Positions 35,644-44,568 of a stretch of DNA of 64,000 nucleotides are shown one piece after another; positions within the stretch are counted from its first letter, which is position 1; every line of letters starts with the position of its first letter. Both the position numbers and the translations under genes were made by a program. The notes beneath the pieces are model-generated. The model saw only the letters and a list, made by a program, of their open reading frames with translations. It ran no database searches and had not been told where the DNA came from. Source of the stretch: Galbitalea sp. (lineage in GTDB: Bacteria; Actinomycetota; Actinomycetes; Actinomycetales; Microbacteriaceae); contig DATAZY010000096.1 of the NCBI GenBank assembly GCA_036271795.1, positions 46,610 through 110,609 of the forward strand. The letters are read 5' to 3'.

Positions 35644-35668
35644 TCGATCAGCACAACTGATTAGAGAG
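35644..35668. repeat. 25-mer junction repeat (partner of 33639-33663)
   Basis: See the 33639 entry. Confidence 0.55.
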
Positions 35669-36033
35669 TTGACCGGCCCCAAGGCAGATAACCGCAAGTT
35701 ATGTAAAAATCGCGAAAATGTGCTACCTGACCAGCGATTTCCAGAACGCCCCGCGCAAACCCCGCACATTCAAACGGGGTACTTCACCATTTCGAGATTT
35801 GGTGAATTTAGAAACATGGCTCTGACCAGCACCTTTGTGGCCCTTTCAGCTTATTCATTTTCGCCCAATTTGCCGCGCGAACACTGGGGACATTTGTGGC
35901 GGTCTGAATCCCGTTCCAGGCTAAGCGCCAAATCTTTCCACCCCACTCGAGAAAAGCCGGTCAGTGTGGAGATTCATGCAAGCGGCCGGTTGAAGCTTGA
36001 CCTCGGAACCCACGACATGCGGAATGAACCGGT

Positions 36034-36846
36034 TTAGAATTTATTTGCGCTTTGACCGGCACTTTTTGTCGCCATTTCGCTTATTGCATCCGTCGGTACT
36101 GAAGGCGGTCGGCCTTGGCTCACACTTCCGTGCCGTTTGTGGCGCGACTTATTGAGCTGTGGTGCGATGACCTCCGCGATCGTATCGGCCCACTTTCGGT
36201 AGGTTCGGGCGTCGCGCACACCGAGAGCATTGGTCGGCACGACCGAGGGCAGCGACACATAGGTCGCATTGGAAGACTCGCACAGGCAGAGAGTCGCCTC
36301 GTTGATTTGCAGCACATGAGCCGAGATAAACCTGCCTAGCCTAGAGGTGTATCCGGGAATGGTTTGGACCGGCGGTATCCCTGTCACGAACGTTTGAGGT
36401 CGTCCTGACGTCTGGTCGAGGCTGTCGAGCACTACAAGAAATTTCTCGCTCCAAATCGACAACGGCATTAGCCTGATGGCGTCGTTTGTGCCAAGCACAA
36501 TGACAACCGCATCGAACTGGGACATGTCGGCCGCCTTCAACATTGGTCCGGCATTGCTCACCGTGATCCGCATGTCCGCGATCAGTTCGACCTTGGTACC
36601 GCGCCCGGTCCTCAGCGTCAGGGCGCGGGCGAGCGAGCCTGGCAGTGCGATTGCATGGGTTAGCACAGCCCAGCCAACGGCTGGACCGGAACCGAATATC
36701 AATATCCGATCTGGATCCGGACCTACCGCGGCGGCATCCGCAGCATCACGCGGTCGCGGCGCTGACTGGTTTTCTGTTTGCTGCAGGACCAACCAGCATC
36801 TCGTAACCGGAGCCAATATCCGGCAGAGCAAATCGTGACGGTACAT
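36034..36846 (-). CDS. SGNH/GDSL-like hydrolase
   Basis: ILIFGSGPAVGW (block I-like) and VVIVLGTNDA (block III GxND). Confidence 0.65.
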   Translation of the reverse strand: MYRHDLLCRILAPVTRCWLVLQQTENQSAPRPRDAADAAAVGPDPDRILIFGSGPAVGWAVLTHAIALPGSLARALTLRTGRGTKVELIADMRITVSNAGPMLKAADMSQFDAVVIVLGTNDAIRLMPLSIWSEKFLVVLDSLDQTSGRPQTFVTGIPPVQTIPGYTSRLGRFISAHVLQINEATLCLCESSNATYVSLPSVVPTNALGVRDARTYRKWADTIAEVIAPQLNKSRHKRHGSVSQGRPPSVPTDAISEMATKSAGQSANKF

Positions 36847-37472
36847 CTAACAGACGGCCTGATGAAGGCGTGCCGCGCATCGCCATCCCAAGTGAGAAGT
36901 CATTCCGGTCCCGGTGAAGCGAAAAGGTTTGACTTGACCTTGCGCCCACCGGACCATTGCGGTCGAGTTGGCTGGCATGCTCTCTGCCCGGCATAACAGC
37001 GAAGAGCCCCGCAGCGAGATGACACCGGGTGAACGGCGAGGGTGTGGATGCTGCAAAGCGATCCCCCCAATGCTCGTATTTCGAAGACCCCGGGAACCGC
37101 AATGCGATGTGATCTAACCGCACGCTATCAACAACCATTGAGTTAGCCCAGCAATCGCCACCGCTGGTTCCCCCTTGCACATCTGGGACTGCCGTCGGTT
37201 TGGTTGACAAGTCAACTAGATCGACAGCAGTCCCAGGTGCACGTTACGGGTTTGGCAGGCGATTTCATCAACGGCAGCCAATCTAGTCGCCGGTAGTTGA
37301 CGTGCTCATCTGTGTCGTGGTGGAGCCGGTCATGCCCAACTCCATTTACGGTATGGCCGCAGTCTCCGGATGTCATTGAGGGAAATCCAGGAACGGAACA
37401 CGGGCTGGGAGGGCACGATTCGCGCGCTCCTAGCCCGGTTCCGGAGGGACCCCGCCCCCTCGTCCCTAACCC

Positions 37473-40046
37473 CTAACTAAGAATCTCGACGCTGTCGAGT
37501 GCAACGGTGTTTCCCGTGCTCGAGGTGTTGTGAGTTCCTGTCACCGTGATGACGATGGTGTGGCTTCCTTCTGCAAAGGTGGAGCTGCTCCAGACAATTC
37601 CACTCGCGTTGCGCGATGATGAGTAGTCATCCACGATCACGGGGCTTCCGCCATCCACCGCGATGGTGAATTTTCCCTGATCCGTATCGCGCACGGCGTG
37701 AACAGCAATCGCCGTCCCGGTAAATGTGAGTGTCGCTGTCGAGCCCGCGACCGAGTTCCAGTTCGCGGTTCCGGCGTACATGTCGCTCACCCCGGTGGTG
37801 ACTCCCCAGCCGCTCCCGGCGTAGGTGAAGTGCACACCCGTCGTGGCGTTTGCATCGGATTGGAGCGCACCAAGCACGCCCGCTCGATCGAGCGCGATCG
37901 TCGTGCCGCTGCTCGATGCGTTTTTCGTGCCCGTCACCGTTATGGTGACGGTATGAGCGCCGGCCGTTAGAAACGGTGACGTCCAGACGGCGCCCGACCC
38001 GTTGCGAGTCGCAGCATAGTCATCGACAGTCGTGGGTGTTGCACCATCAACGGAGATGCTCATGATGCCCTGGTCGACGTCTTTGACCGCGTGAAGGACG
38101 AGCTGGTTTCCCGTGAAGTGGACGGTCGCTGTCGAACCCGTGGTCGGACTGTATGTGGCCGTCCCGTTGAACAGGTCGCTAACTCCGGAAGCTTCACTCC
38201 AGTTCGATCCGTACTGGAAGTAGTTGCTCGATCCGCTGACCACCGTGTCGTCGACCGGGACGTCGGTCGACGTGATCGGAACGACGTCAGCACCGTCGAG
38301 CGCAATGTTGGTTCCCGAGCTGGACCCATTCTTCGTTCCCAGTACGGTGACCACCATCACATGTGTGCCCGGACTCAGCGCGGGCGACGTCCACACGACC
38401 GCTGAAGCACTTCGAGTGGCGGCGTAGTCATCCACGGTTAAGGGTATCGAGCCGTCGACGGAAACAGCCATCTGACCCTGATCGGAATCCCTCACGGCAC
38501 GAAGGTCGACCTGGCTTCCAGTGAAGTGAAGCTCCGCCGTTGATCCGGCACTGTAGCTCCAGTTCGCGGTCCCGGCCTGCATGTCGGAGATGCCGTTCGA
38601 CTGTCCCCAGCTTGTACCGTATTGGAAGTAGTTCGGCGCGGGGCTCGTCGCGGCACCATCGACTGACGCCGTAGTCGTCGTGATCGGCGTGATCTCGACG
38701 AAGTATGCGTCGCTGCCATCGATCCAGTTAATGGGGACTGAGACGCTGCTCGTGCCGCTGGTGATTACCTGGCTGCTCACAACCGGCGGCTGATCCAGGG
38801 AGCCATCGTTTGGCACGCGCTGAACAGTCAACAGCGCCCCGGTGCCTCCGAACAGCCAAGAGTCGGATGACAGGCCGTTGATCGCGAGAGTAACAGGGCC
38901 TGTATTTCCGGCAGAGTCGCCGAGAAGCATAGCCACGCGTCCACGCGATTGATCGACCCCGGCGATGGCGTCAGTCGTTCCGCTCGCGGTCACGGAAGCC
39001 AAATTTCCAGTGACGTCCGCGTAGTCCTTGAACACCCACCAATTGCCGCTCGGTCGGTAAACACCGCTGCTGTTTTGATTCAGGATCCCATCGAGGCTCG
39101 GCACCATGCAACAGCTGCCCCAGATTGCTTGAGTGGCGCTCGCGAGGCCCGATTTTCCGAGCTCAGCCAAGTACCACGGTGTGCTCGCGTCGTATTCGTT
39201 AATGGTGAGGCTGACGCCCGAGATGCCTTGGGCCGCGAGAAGGCTGCGCGCCGTTTGGGCATCGGTAATCGGATTGTCGCCAAAGTGCCAGTTCAGAACG
39301 TTGGGAACGGTGCCGGCGGCCTTCACGTGGGTGAGGAAGGTGCTGATATCGGTTGTATTGAACCCCACGCTCGGTCCGACGATCGTCGCCGTGGGCACTA
39401 GCCGACGGATCTCACGAACGGCACTGTCCCACATCGCGTAATACTGGGTGGATTCGTAGCCGGCGCCCCAGAAGTCGCCGCTATTCGGCTCGTTCCAGAT
39501 GTCGTAGCGAACGGAGACCCCCGAAGCACTGATGTCTCCCACGACCTGATCGATGAACGTGATCCAATTGGTGCAGTCACCGTTTGCGCACGGATAGACG
39601 GTGCTGCCGCTCTGCGTTGTGTCCGCGCCGAACAGGTCGCTGACGAGCAGGTCGTAGGTGGCGGGGGTCGGCTGCGAGGTGATGCGCTTGGCTTGAGCTA
39701 TGGCGGAGGCGATTCTGGCACGGTAGCCGGCGCCGGCGACGTAGCCATCGCCAATCCATCCGTCACCAGCCAATCGAGCGCCGCCGCCACGGCCGGAGGT
39801 CACCCCGAGAGGCGTGAGCAGGCTGTCGTCCGGGGCGCTGCCATCCTGGGAGTACCCATAGAGGAAACCGGCCCCTATCCCGGTAGCCGTTCCCGATGTT
39901 GAGGCTAGATTCACGGTCACTGTTTGGGCAGTGGCGAACGCAGGGCCAGCAGACGATATCGCGCCGATGGCCAGTGCTCCCACGGCCGCTAGTGCCAAAA
40001 CCCCGCGGATGCGGGCGGTCTTCACACGTCGTTGTGTCGAAAACAT
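37473..40046 (-). CDS. secreted clan GH-A glycoside hydrolase with three tandem CBM-like domains
   Basis: Signal peptide present. YDIWNEPN (acid/base) and TINEYD (nucleophile) are typical of (beta/alpha)8 clan A enzymes. Three repeats of about 115 aa (NYFQYG..W....G.SD...GTA.......GSTA..HFTG....L.AV.D.DQG......DG......DDY...R......W.S) occupy aa 472-853. Confidence 0.8.
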   Translation of the reverse strand: MFSTQRRVKTARIRGVLALAAVGALAIGAISSAGPAFATAQTVTVNLASTSGTATGIGAGFLYGYSQDGSAPDDSLLTPLGVTSGRGGGARLAGDGWIGDGYVAGAGYRARIASAIAQAKRITSQPTPATYDLLVSDLFGADTTQSGSTVYPCANGDCTNWITFIDQVVGDISASGVSVRYDIWNEPNSGDFWGAGYESTQYYAMWDSAVREIRRLVPTATIVGPSVGFNTTDISTFLTHVKAAGTVPNVLNWHFGDNPITDAQTARSLLAAQGISGVSLTINEYDASTPWYLAELGKSGLASATQAIWGSCCMVPSLDGILNQNSSGVYRPSGNWWVFKDYADVTGNLASVTASGTTDAIAGVDQSRGRVAMLLGDSAGNTGPVTLAINGLSSDSWLFGGTGALLTVQRVPNDGSLDQPPVVSSQVITSGTSSVSVPINWIDGSDAYFVEITPITTTTASVDGAATSPAPNYFQYGTSWGQSNGISDMQAGTANWSYSAGSTAELHFTGSQVDLRAVRDSDQGQMAVSVDGSIPLTVDDYAATRSASAVVWTSPALSPGTHVMVVTVLGTKNGSSSGTNIALDGADVVPITSTDVPVDDTVVSGSSNYFQYGSNWSEASGVSDLFNGTATYSPTTGSTATVHFTGNQLVLHAVKDVDQGIMSISVDGATPTTVDDYAATRNGSGAVWTSPFLTAGAHTVTITVTGTKNASSSGTTIALDRAGVLGALQSDANATTGVHFTYAGSGWGVTTGVSDMYAGTANWNSVAGSTATLTFTGTAIAVHAVRDTDQGKFTIAVDGGSPVIVDDYSSSRNASGIVWSSSTFAEGSHTIVITVTGTHNTSSTGNTVALDSVEILS
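37488..38633 (-). repeat. three tandem coding repeats (about 345 nt each) inside the glycosidase gene
   Basis: Protein-level repeats at aa 472-586, 608-722 and 738-853. Confidence 0.75.
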
Positions 40047-40105
40047 GTACTTCCTCTCCTTAGCTGCCCGCGTGGATCTCCAAGCTGTTCAACAGTGGGC
40101 ACCTA

Positions 40106-40119
40106 TCAAACCGGTTTGA
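40106..40119. promoter_or_regulatory. LacI-type operator TCAAACCGGTTTGA (copy 1)
   Basis: Perfect 14-bp palindrome, 60 nt upstream of the glycosidase start. Confidence 0.7.
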
Positions 40120-40122
40120 CAA

Positions 40123-40136
40123 TCAAACCGGTTTGA
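40123..40136. promoter_or_regulatory. LacI-type operator TCAAACCGGTTTGA (copy 2)
   Basis: Perfect palindrome, 3 nt from copy 1. Confidence 0.7.
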
Positions 40137-40265
40137 TAAACGTAGCACTTGTCGCCCTGCGGCGGAATGCTTCGAAAAGGGCGAGCATGCCCGGAGCGCG
40201 GACCTCGCCGTGCGAGCCAACAACGGATGAAGTTGGCCAAATCCGTGATTCGGTGCTAGCTTGTG

Positions 40266-40279
40266 TCAAACCGGTTTGA
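40266..40279. promoter_or_regulatory. LacI-type operator TCAAACCGGTTTGA (copy 3)
   Basis: Perfect palindrome, 17 nt upstream of the regulator ATG at 40296. Confidence 0.7.
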
Positions 40280-40295
40280 TGATGGAGACGGAGCG

Positions 40296-41300
40296 ATGGC
40301 GACGATAGGCGATGTGGCCCAGTATGCGGGTGTATCCCGCAGCACGGTGTCACACGCGCTCTCGGGCAAGCGCCCCATCTCGCTCGCGACCAGGGAACGC
40401 ATCAATGAGGCAATCGCCGCTTTGAACTTCACGCCGAACGCCGGAGCAAAGGCGCTGGCAACCTCCAAGTCATCCATCATGGGACTCATCGTTCCGTTCA
40501 CTCCCGAGGAGTTCGCCCCGGCGACCATGCAGTACGTCCTGGTCGTCTCGGAGACCGCAAGGAGCCTCGGTTACGACGTGCTCATGGTCACCGAGGTCGA
40601 CGGCGCGAGGGGCATCACCCGGGTGACGGACAGCAACCTCGTGGACGGTGTGCTCCTTCTTGATGTCAAGCGCCACGATGACCGGGTCGCCAGCGTGCTC
40701 GAAGCGCGCCAACCGGGCGTACTTGTCGGCTTCGCCGAAGGGAACGACTCCCTGGATTCCATCGACTTGGATTTCGGGGCGGCCGGAAAAATGCTCGTAC
40801 AGCATCTTTTCGACAATGGCCACCGCACTATCATCTTCATCACGTTTCCTCAGGAGCTGTTCGCCCAGGATGTGGGTTTCGCGTGGCGTTTTCGGGACGC
40901 GGCTGTGAGTGCGGCCGATGAGCTTCAGATGTCCATCGTCATCGTCTACGGCGACACCGACCCGGCAACCAGATACAAGGTGGTGGGCGAAGCTCTCGAC
41001 CTCAACCCCACCGCGACCGCGTTGCTCGTCCACAACGAGGGGGCACTCGTCGACCTACCGATGCTGCTGGCCGAACGCCAACTCTCGGTGCCGCAGGACC
41101 TGTCAGTCGTGAGTGTTTTCCCGGACCAGTTTGGCGGCATGTTTTCCCTGCCGTACACCGCCATTGAGGCATCGCCCAGACCCGTCGCCGCCCGCGCTGT
41201 CCACTTGCTGGCGGCACGGATTGCAGATTCGGATCGGCCCGTGGTTTCCGAACTGCTCGAGCCCGTGCTCATCGACCGCGGCAGCAGCCGTGCGATCTGA
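40296..41300 (+). CDS. LacI family transcriptional regulator
   Basis: MATIGDVAQYAGVSRSTVSHALSG HTH plus a sugar-binding fold. The track start at 40263 lies inside the operator and is rejected. Confidence 0.85.
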   Translation: MATIGDVAQYAGVSRSTVSHALSGKRPISLATRERINEAIAALNFTPNAGAKALATSKSSIMGLIVPFTPEEFAPATMQYVLVVSETARSLGYDVLMVTEVDGARGITRVTDSNLVDGVLLLDVKRHDDRVASVLEARQPGVLVGFAEGNDSLDSIDLDFGAAGKMLVQHLFDNGHRTIIFITFPQELFAQDVGFAWRFRDAAVSAADELQMSIVIVYGDTDPATRYKVVGEALDLNPTATALLVHNEGALVDLPMLLAERQLSVPQDLSVVSVFPDQFGGMFSLPYTAIEASPRPVAARAVHLLAARIADSDRPVVSELLEPVLIDRGSSRAI

Positions 41301-41336
41301 AGCTAGGCGCGTTGCGATATTTTTTTTGTCGTTATA

Positions 41337-41350
41337 TCAAACCGGTTTGA
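41337..41350. promoter_or_regulatory. LacI-type operator TCAAACCGGTTTGA (copy 4)
   Basis: Perfect palindrome between the regulator and the ABC operon. Confidence 0.7.
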
Positions 41351-41490
41351 TGCCGTCGATCCGGGTCGAGCCGCGGATCGACATGGACTTCGTGGGCACA
41401 GACGTGCGCTCACGCAGAAGGTAATACCCCGGCGCGCGAGCGCCAGCAACGAACACCCCACACAATTGCATCAGCAAAGGAGCTCATCAC

Positions 41491-42708
41491 ATGAAAGCCA
41501 CACGGATCGTCGCGGCCCTCGCGGTCGCGGTCCTCGTCCCGATCGGGCTGGCGGCCTGTTCGTCATCCGGCACGACACCCACCGCCAGCCACCTCAAACT
41601 CACCGTCGAAGACTACTTCCAGGCACCCCAGGTCGCCATATACAACAAGATCTACCAGACCTGCGCAGCCGCAGAGGGTGACACGGTGACCGCGACCCAC
41701 GTTCCCGGCGCGAGTCTCATTGCCAAGGTCCTGCAACAGAGTTCGTCGAAGACACTGCCCGACGTCCTTCAGCTCGACAACCCGGACGTGCAGCAGATCG
41801 CCGCATCCGGCGCGCTGTCGCCGCTAAAGAACTACGGCATCACGGGCAAGGGCGTTTCGCCGGGCGTCCTCTCCGCGGGAACGTACAAGGGTGAGCTATA
41901 CGGACTGGCGCCCGCGGTGAACTCCCTCGCGCTGTTCTACAACAAAGACATCCTGACCGCAGCCGGCATCACTCCGCCAACGACCTGGGCTGAGCTGACC
42001 GCTGACGCGAAGACGCTGACAACCTCCGCGCACTACGGGTTCGCCTTCAGCGGCATCAACACCTACGAAGGCACGTGGCAGTTCATGCCTTGGATGTGGA
42101 GCAACGGTGGCAGCGAGGCAAAGCTCGACTCGACCCAGAACGCCCAGGCACTCGCGCTTCTCACCGGCCTCGTGAAGGACGGCTCGGCATCGGCGAGCGT
42201 CGACAGCTGGGCACAGAGCGACGTCGACAACCAGTTCATCGCTGGCAAGGCGGCGATGATGGAAAACGGGCCGTGGCAGATCCCGTCACTGGACGCGGTC
42301 AGCTCGCTGCACTGGGGCTACGTTCCGCTTCCGACACGCACTGCGGACCAGAAGTCCCAGGCGCCACTCGGCGGCGAAACGTTCAACGTTCCGAACACCG
42401 GCGACAAGGCCAAGATGGCCGCGGCCGGAAAGCTCGTCGCCTGCATTAACAACGCCAAGAACGCCGGGGCGATCGCAAAGGCCAACCTATACATCCCCTC
42501 GAATGAGGCTGCCGCTGAAGCGTTCGGTAAGGCCAACCCGGATCTCGCGGGCTTTGCCAAGATCATTGCAGACGCACGAGCACGTACCGCAATTCTCGGT
42601 TCAAAGTGGCCTGCCGCTGCGACGACGATTTACACGGCAGAACAGCTGTCCTTGACTGGCAAAGCGACACCGACGGCTGCGTTCGCGCAGGCGCTCTCCA
42701 CCAACTAA
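41491..42708 (+). CDS. ABC sugar substrate-binding lipoprotein (CUT1)
   Basis: AAGGAG SD, lipobox LAACSS and a family-1 solute-binding pattern. Confidence 0.85.
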   Translation: MKATRIVAALAVAVLVPIGLAACSSSGTTPTASHLKLTVEDYFQAPQVAIYNKIYQTCAAAEGDTVTATHVPGASLIAKVLQQSSSKTLPDVLQLDNPDVQQIAASGALSPLKNYGITGKGVSPGVLSAGTYKGELYGLAPAVNSLALFYNKDILTAAGITPPTTWAELTADAKTLTTSAHYGFAFSGINTYEGTWQFMPWMWSNGGSEAKLDSTQNAQALALLTGLVKDGSASASVDSWAQSDVDNQFIAGKAAMMENGPWQIPSLDAVSSLHWGYVPLPTRTADQKSQAPLGGETFNVPNTGDKAKMAAAGKLVACINNAKNAGAIAKANLYIPSNEAAAEAFGKANPDLAGFAKIIADARARTAILGSKWPAAATTIYTAEQLSLTGKATPTAAFAQALSTN

Positions 42709-42721
42709 GAATCGGCATATC

Positions 42722-42764
42722 GCGGTGGCATCCCGGACCTATTTCGAGTCCGGGGTGCCACCGC
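42722..42764 (+). promoter_or_regulatory. 17-bp-stem intercistronic hairpin after the SBP gene
   Basis: GCGGTGGCATCCCGGAC (42722-42738) pairs with GTCCGGGGTGCCACCGC (42748-42764) with one mismatch. No T-tract. Confidence 0.5.
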
Positions 42765-42783
42765 GCCAGAAGGGGCATGAACA

Positions 42784-43743
42784 ATGACGGCCGCAGACGT
42801 TACCACGCTGGGGGAACCTTCCCTCGCTTCGCGGAACGAGTCGCCGCGACACCGGCGCGGGCTTTCGCTCGACCGCGTGGCGCAGTGGACGTTCCTCGCC
42901 CCGGCAGTGACTTACATCGGCCTCTTCTTCGGCTACCCGATCGTCAAGAACGTCGTCATGAGTTTTCAGGACTACACGACTCGGACCTTCTTCACCGGCG
43001 AGGCGCCGTGGGTGGGCTTCGCGAACTATGTGACCGTTATCCGCAGCAGCCTGTTCTCCACGACGCTGATCAACACCGGACTCTTCACGGTCGGGTCGAT
43101 CATCGGGCAGTTTGTCATCGGGATGGCGCTGGCGCTGTTCTTCAAGCGGCGCTTTCCCCTCAGCGGCGTCCTTCGTGCGCTGCTGCTTCTGCCTTGGCTG
43201 CTGCCACTCATCGCTTCGAGCGCGGTGTGGAAATGGATCCTCGACCAGGACAGCGGAATCCTTAACCAGACCCTTCTGTTCCTGCACCTGACACCCACCG
43301 CGATACCGTGGCTGAGCAGCCCGAACGTCGCCCTCGTCTCCGTCGTGCTGGTCAACATCTGGCTCGGTATTCCGTTCAACGCGACCCTCTTGTATGGGGG
43401 TCTGCAGGGAATTCCGGATGAACTGTACGAAGCCGCCTCGCTGGATGGTGCGACCGGATGGAAAGCGTTCCGATATGTGACATGGCCGAACCTACGGCCG
43501 GTAGTCAGCGTCGTGCTCGTGCTCGGGGTCGTCTACACGCTAAAAGTTCTCGACATCATCCTTGGGCTCACCGGCGGAGGGCCCGCAAATGCGACGCAAA
43601 CCCTTGCCACCAATTCGTACCAGCAATCATTTGTGCTGTTCTCATTCGGCACCGGCGCGGCGATCAGCAACATCCTGATCATCATCTCCCTTGTTTTCAC
43701 GGTCGTGTATTTGCGGCTTAACCGACGCGCGATCGACGAATAG
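42784..43743 (+). CDS. ABC sugar permease (MalF-like)
   Basis: Six-TM BPD-transport pattern with an EAA-like loop (EAASLDGATGWKAFRYVTWP). Confidence 0.85.
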   Translation: MTAADVTTLGEPSLASRNESPRHRRGLSLDRVAQWTFLAPAVTYIGLFFGYPIVKNVVMSFQDYTTRTFFTGEAPWVGFANYVTVIRSSLFSTTLINTGLFTVGSIIGQFVIGMALALFFKRRFPLSGVLRALLLLPWLLPLIASSAVWKWILDQDSGILNQTLLFLHLTPTAIPWLSSPNVALVSVVLVNIWLGIPFNATLLYGGLQGIPDELYEAASLDGATGWKAFRYVTWPNLRPVVSVVLVLGVVYTLKVLDIILGLTGGGPANATQTLATNSYQQSFVLFSFGTGAAISNILIIISLVFTVVYLRLNRRAIDE

Positions 43744-43752
43744 AGCACCGTA

Positions 43753-44568
43753 ATGAAGCGAACAAGAGCGAGGCAACTGCCGTACACCGTCCTCGGCATC
43801 GGGTTTTTGGCGATCATGCTGTTTCCGGTCTACTGGATGGTGAACACATCCCTGCAATCGGGCCCGGCGGCGGTCAATGCGACATTTTTTCCACTGCATC
43901 CGAATTTCTCTGCTTACCAACAGGCGATCAGCGAGCAATTGGGAAATATGGGTACCAGTTTGGCTGTCGCCGGCGGAACGGTGATTTTTTCCCTGGTGGT
44001 CGCAACGCCTGCCGCGTACGCGCTCGCAAAGTTTCGACTTCGATGGGTGAGCCTGGTCATGCTCGCTCTGCTGATCTCACAAATGATCCCCGGGATCGTG
44101 ATCGCGAACGCGTTGTATACCGCCTACAACGACCTCGGCCTGCTCAACAGCATCCCGGGGCTCGTTCTTGCGGACGGGACGACCTCCATTCCGTTCGCAA
44201 TCCTGATCCTTCGCGCGTTCATGGAGTCCATTCCGCCATCGCTGATCGAAGCTGCGCGCGTGGATGGGGCCGGGCATTGGCGAGCGTTCTGGTCGATCGT
44301 CATTCCCGTTAGTCGAAACTCGATCATTACCGCCGGGCTATTCAGTTTCTTGTTCGCGTGGAGCGACTTCGTGTTCGCCGTGACGCTGACAACCGCATCG
44401 ACGGTGCGGCCCGTGACGCTGGGCATCTACAGCTACCTGACGGCGAACATCCAGAGCTGGGCACCGGTGATGGCGACTGCGGCATTGGCCTCTGTTCCCG
44501 CCGTCATCTTCCTTGTCTTTGCGCAACGCTACATCGCGGCTGGGGCTCTCGGCGGAGCGATCAAATGA
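43753..44568 (+). CDS. ABC sugar permease (MalG-like)
   Basis: EAARVDGAGHWRAFWSIVIP EAA loop. Confidence 0.85.
   Translation: MKRTRARQLPYTVLGIGFLAIMLFPVYWMVNTSLQSGPAAVNATFFPLHPNFSAYQQAISEQLGNMGTSLAVAGGTVIFSLVVATPAAYALAKFRLRWVSLVMLALLISQMIPGIVIANALYTAYNDLGLLNSIPGLVLADGTTSIPFAILILRAFMESIPPSLIEAARVDGAGHWRAFWSIVIPVSRNSIITAGLFSFLFAWSDFVFAVTLTTASTVRPVTLGIYSYLTANIQSWAPVMATAALASVPAVIFLVFAQRYIAAGALGGAIK

Noticed and set aside
36746-37210. 154-aa ORF with a VRLDHIALRFP segment (glyoxalase-like?)
   Set aside because: It overlaps the SGNH hydrolase start. The similarity is a single short motif, and there is no SD.
37488-38633. CRISPR-like or satellite tandem repeat
   Set aside because: The repeats are about 345 nt, diverged, in-frame and encode protein domains inside a long ORF. 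No short direct-repeat and spacer array occurs anywhere in the window.
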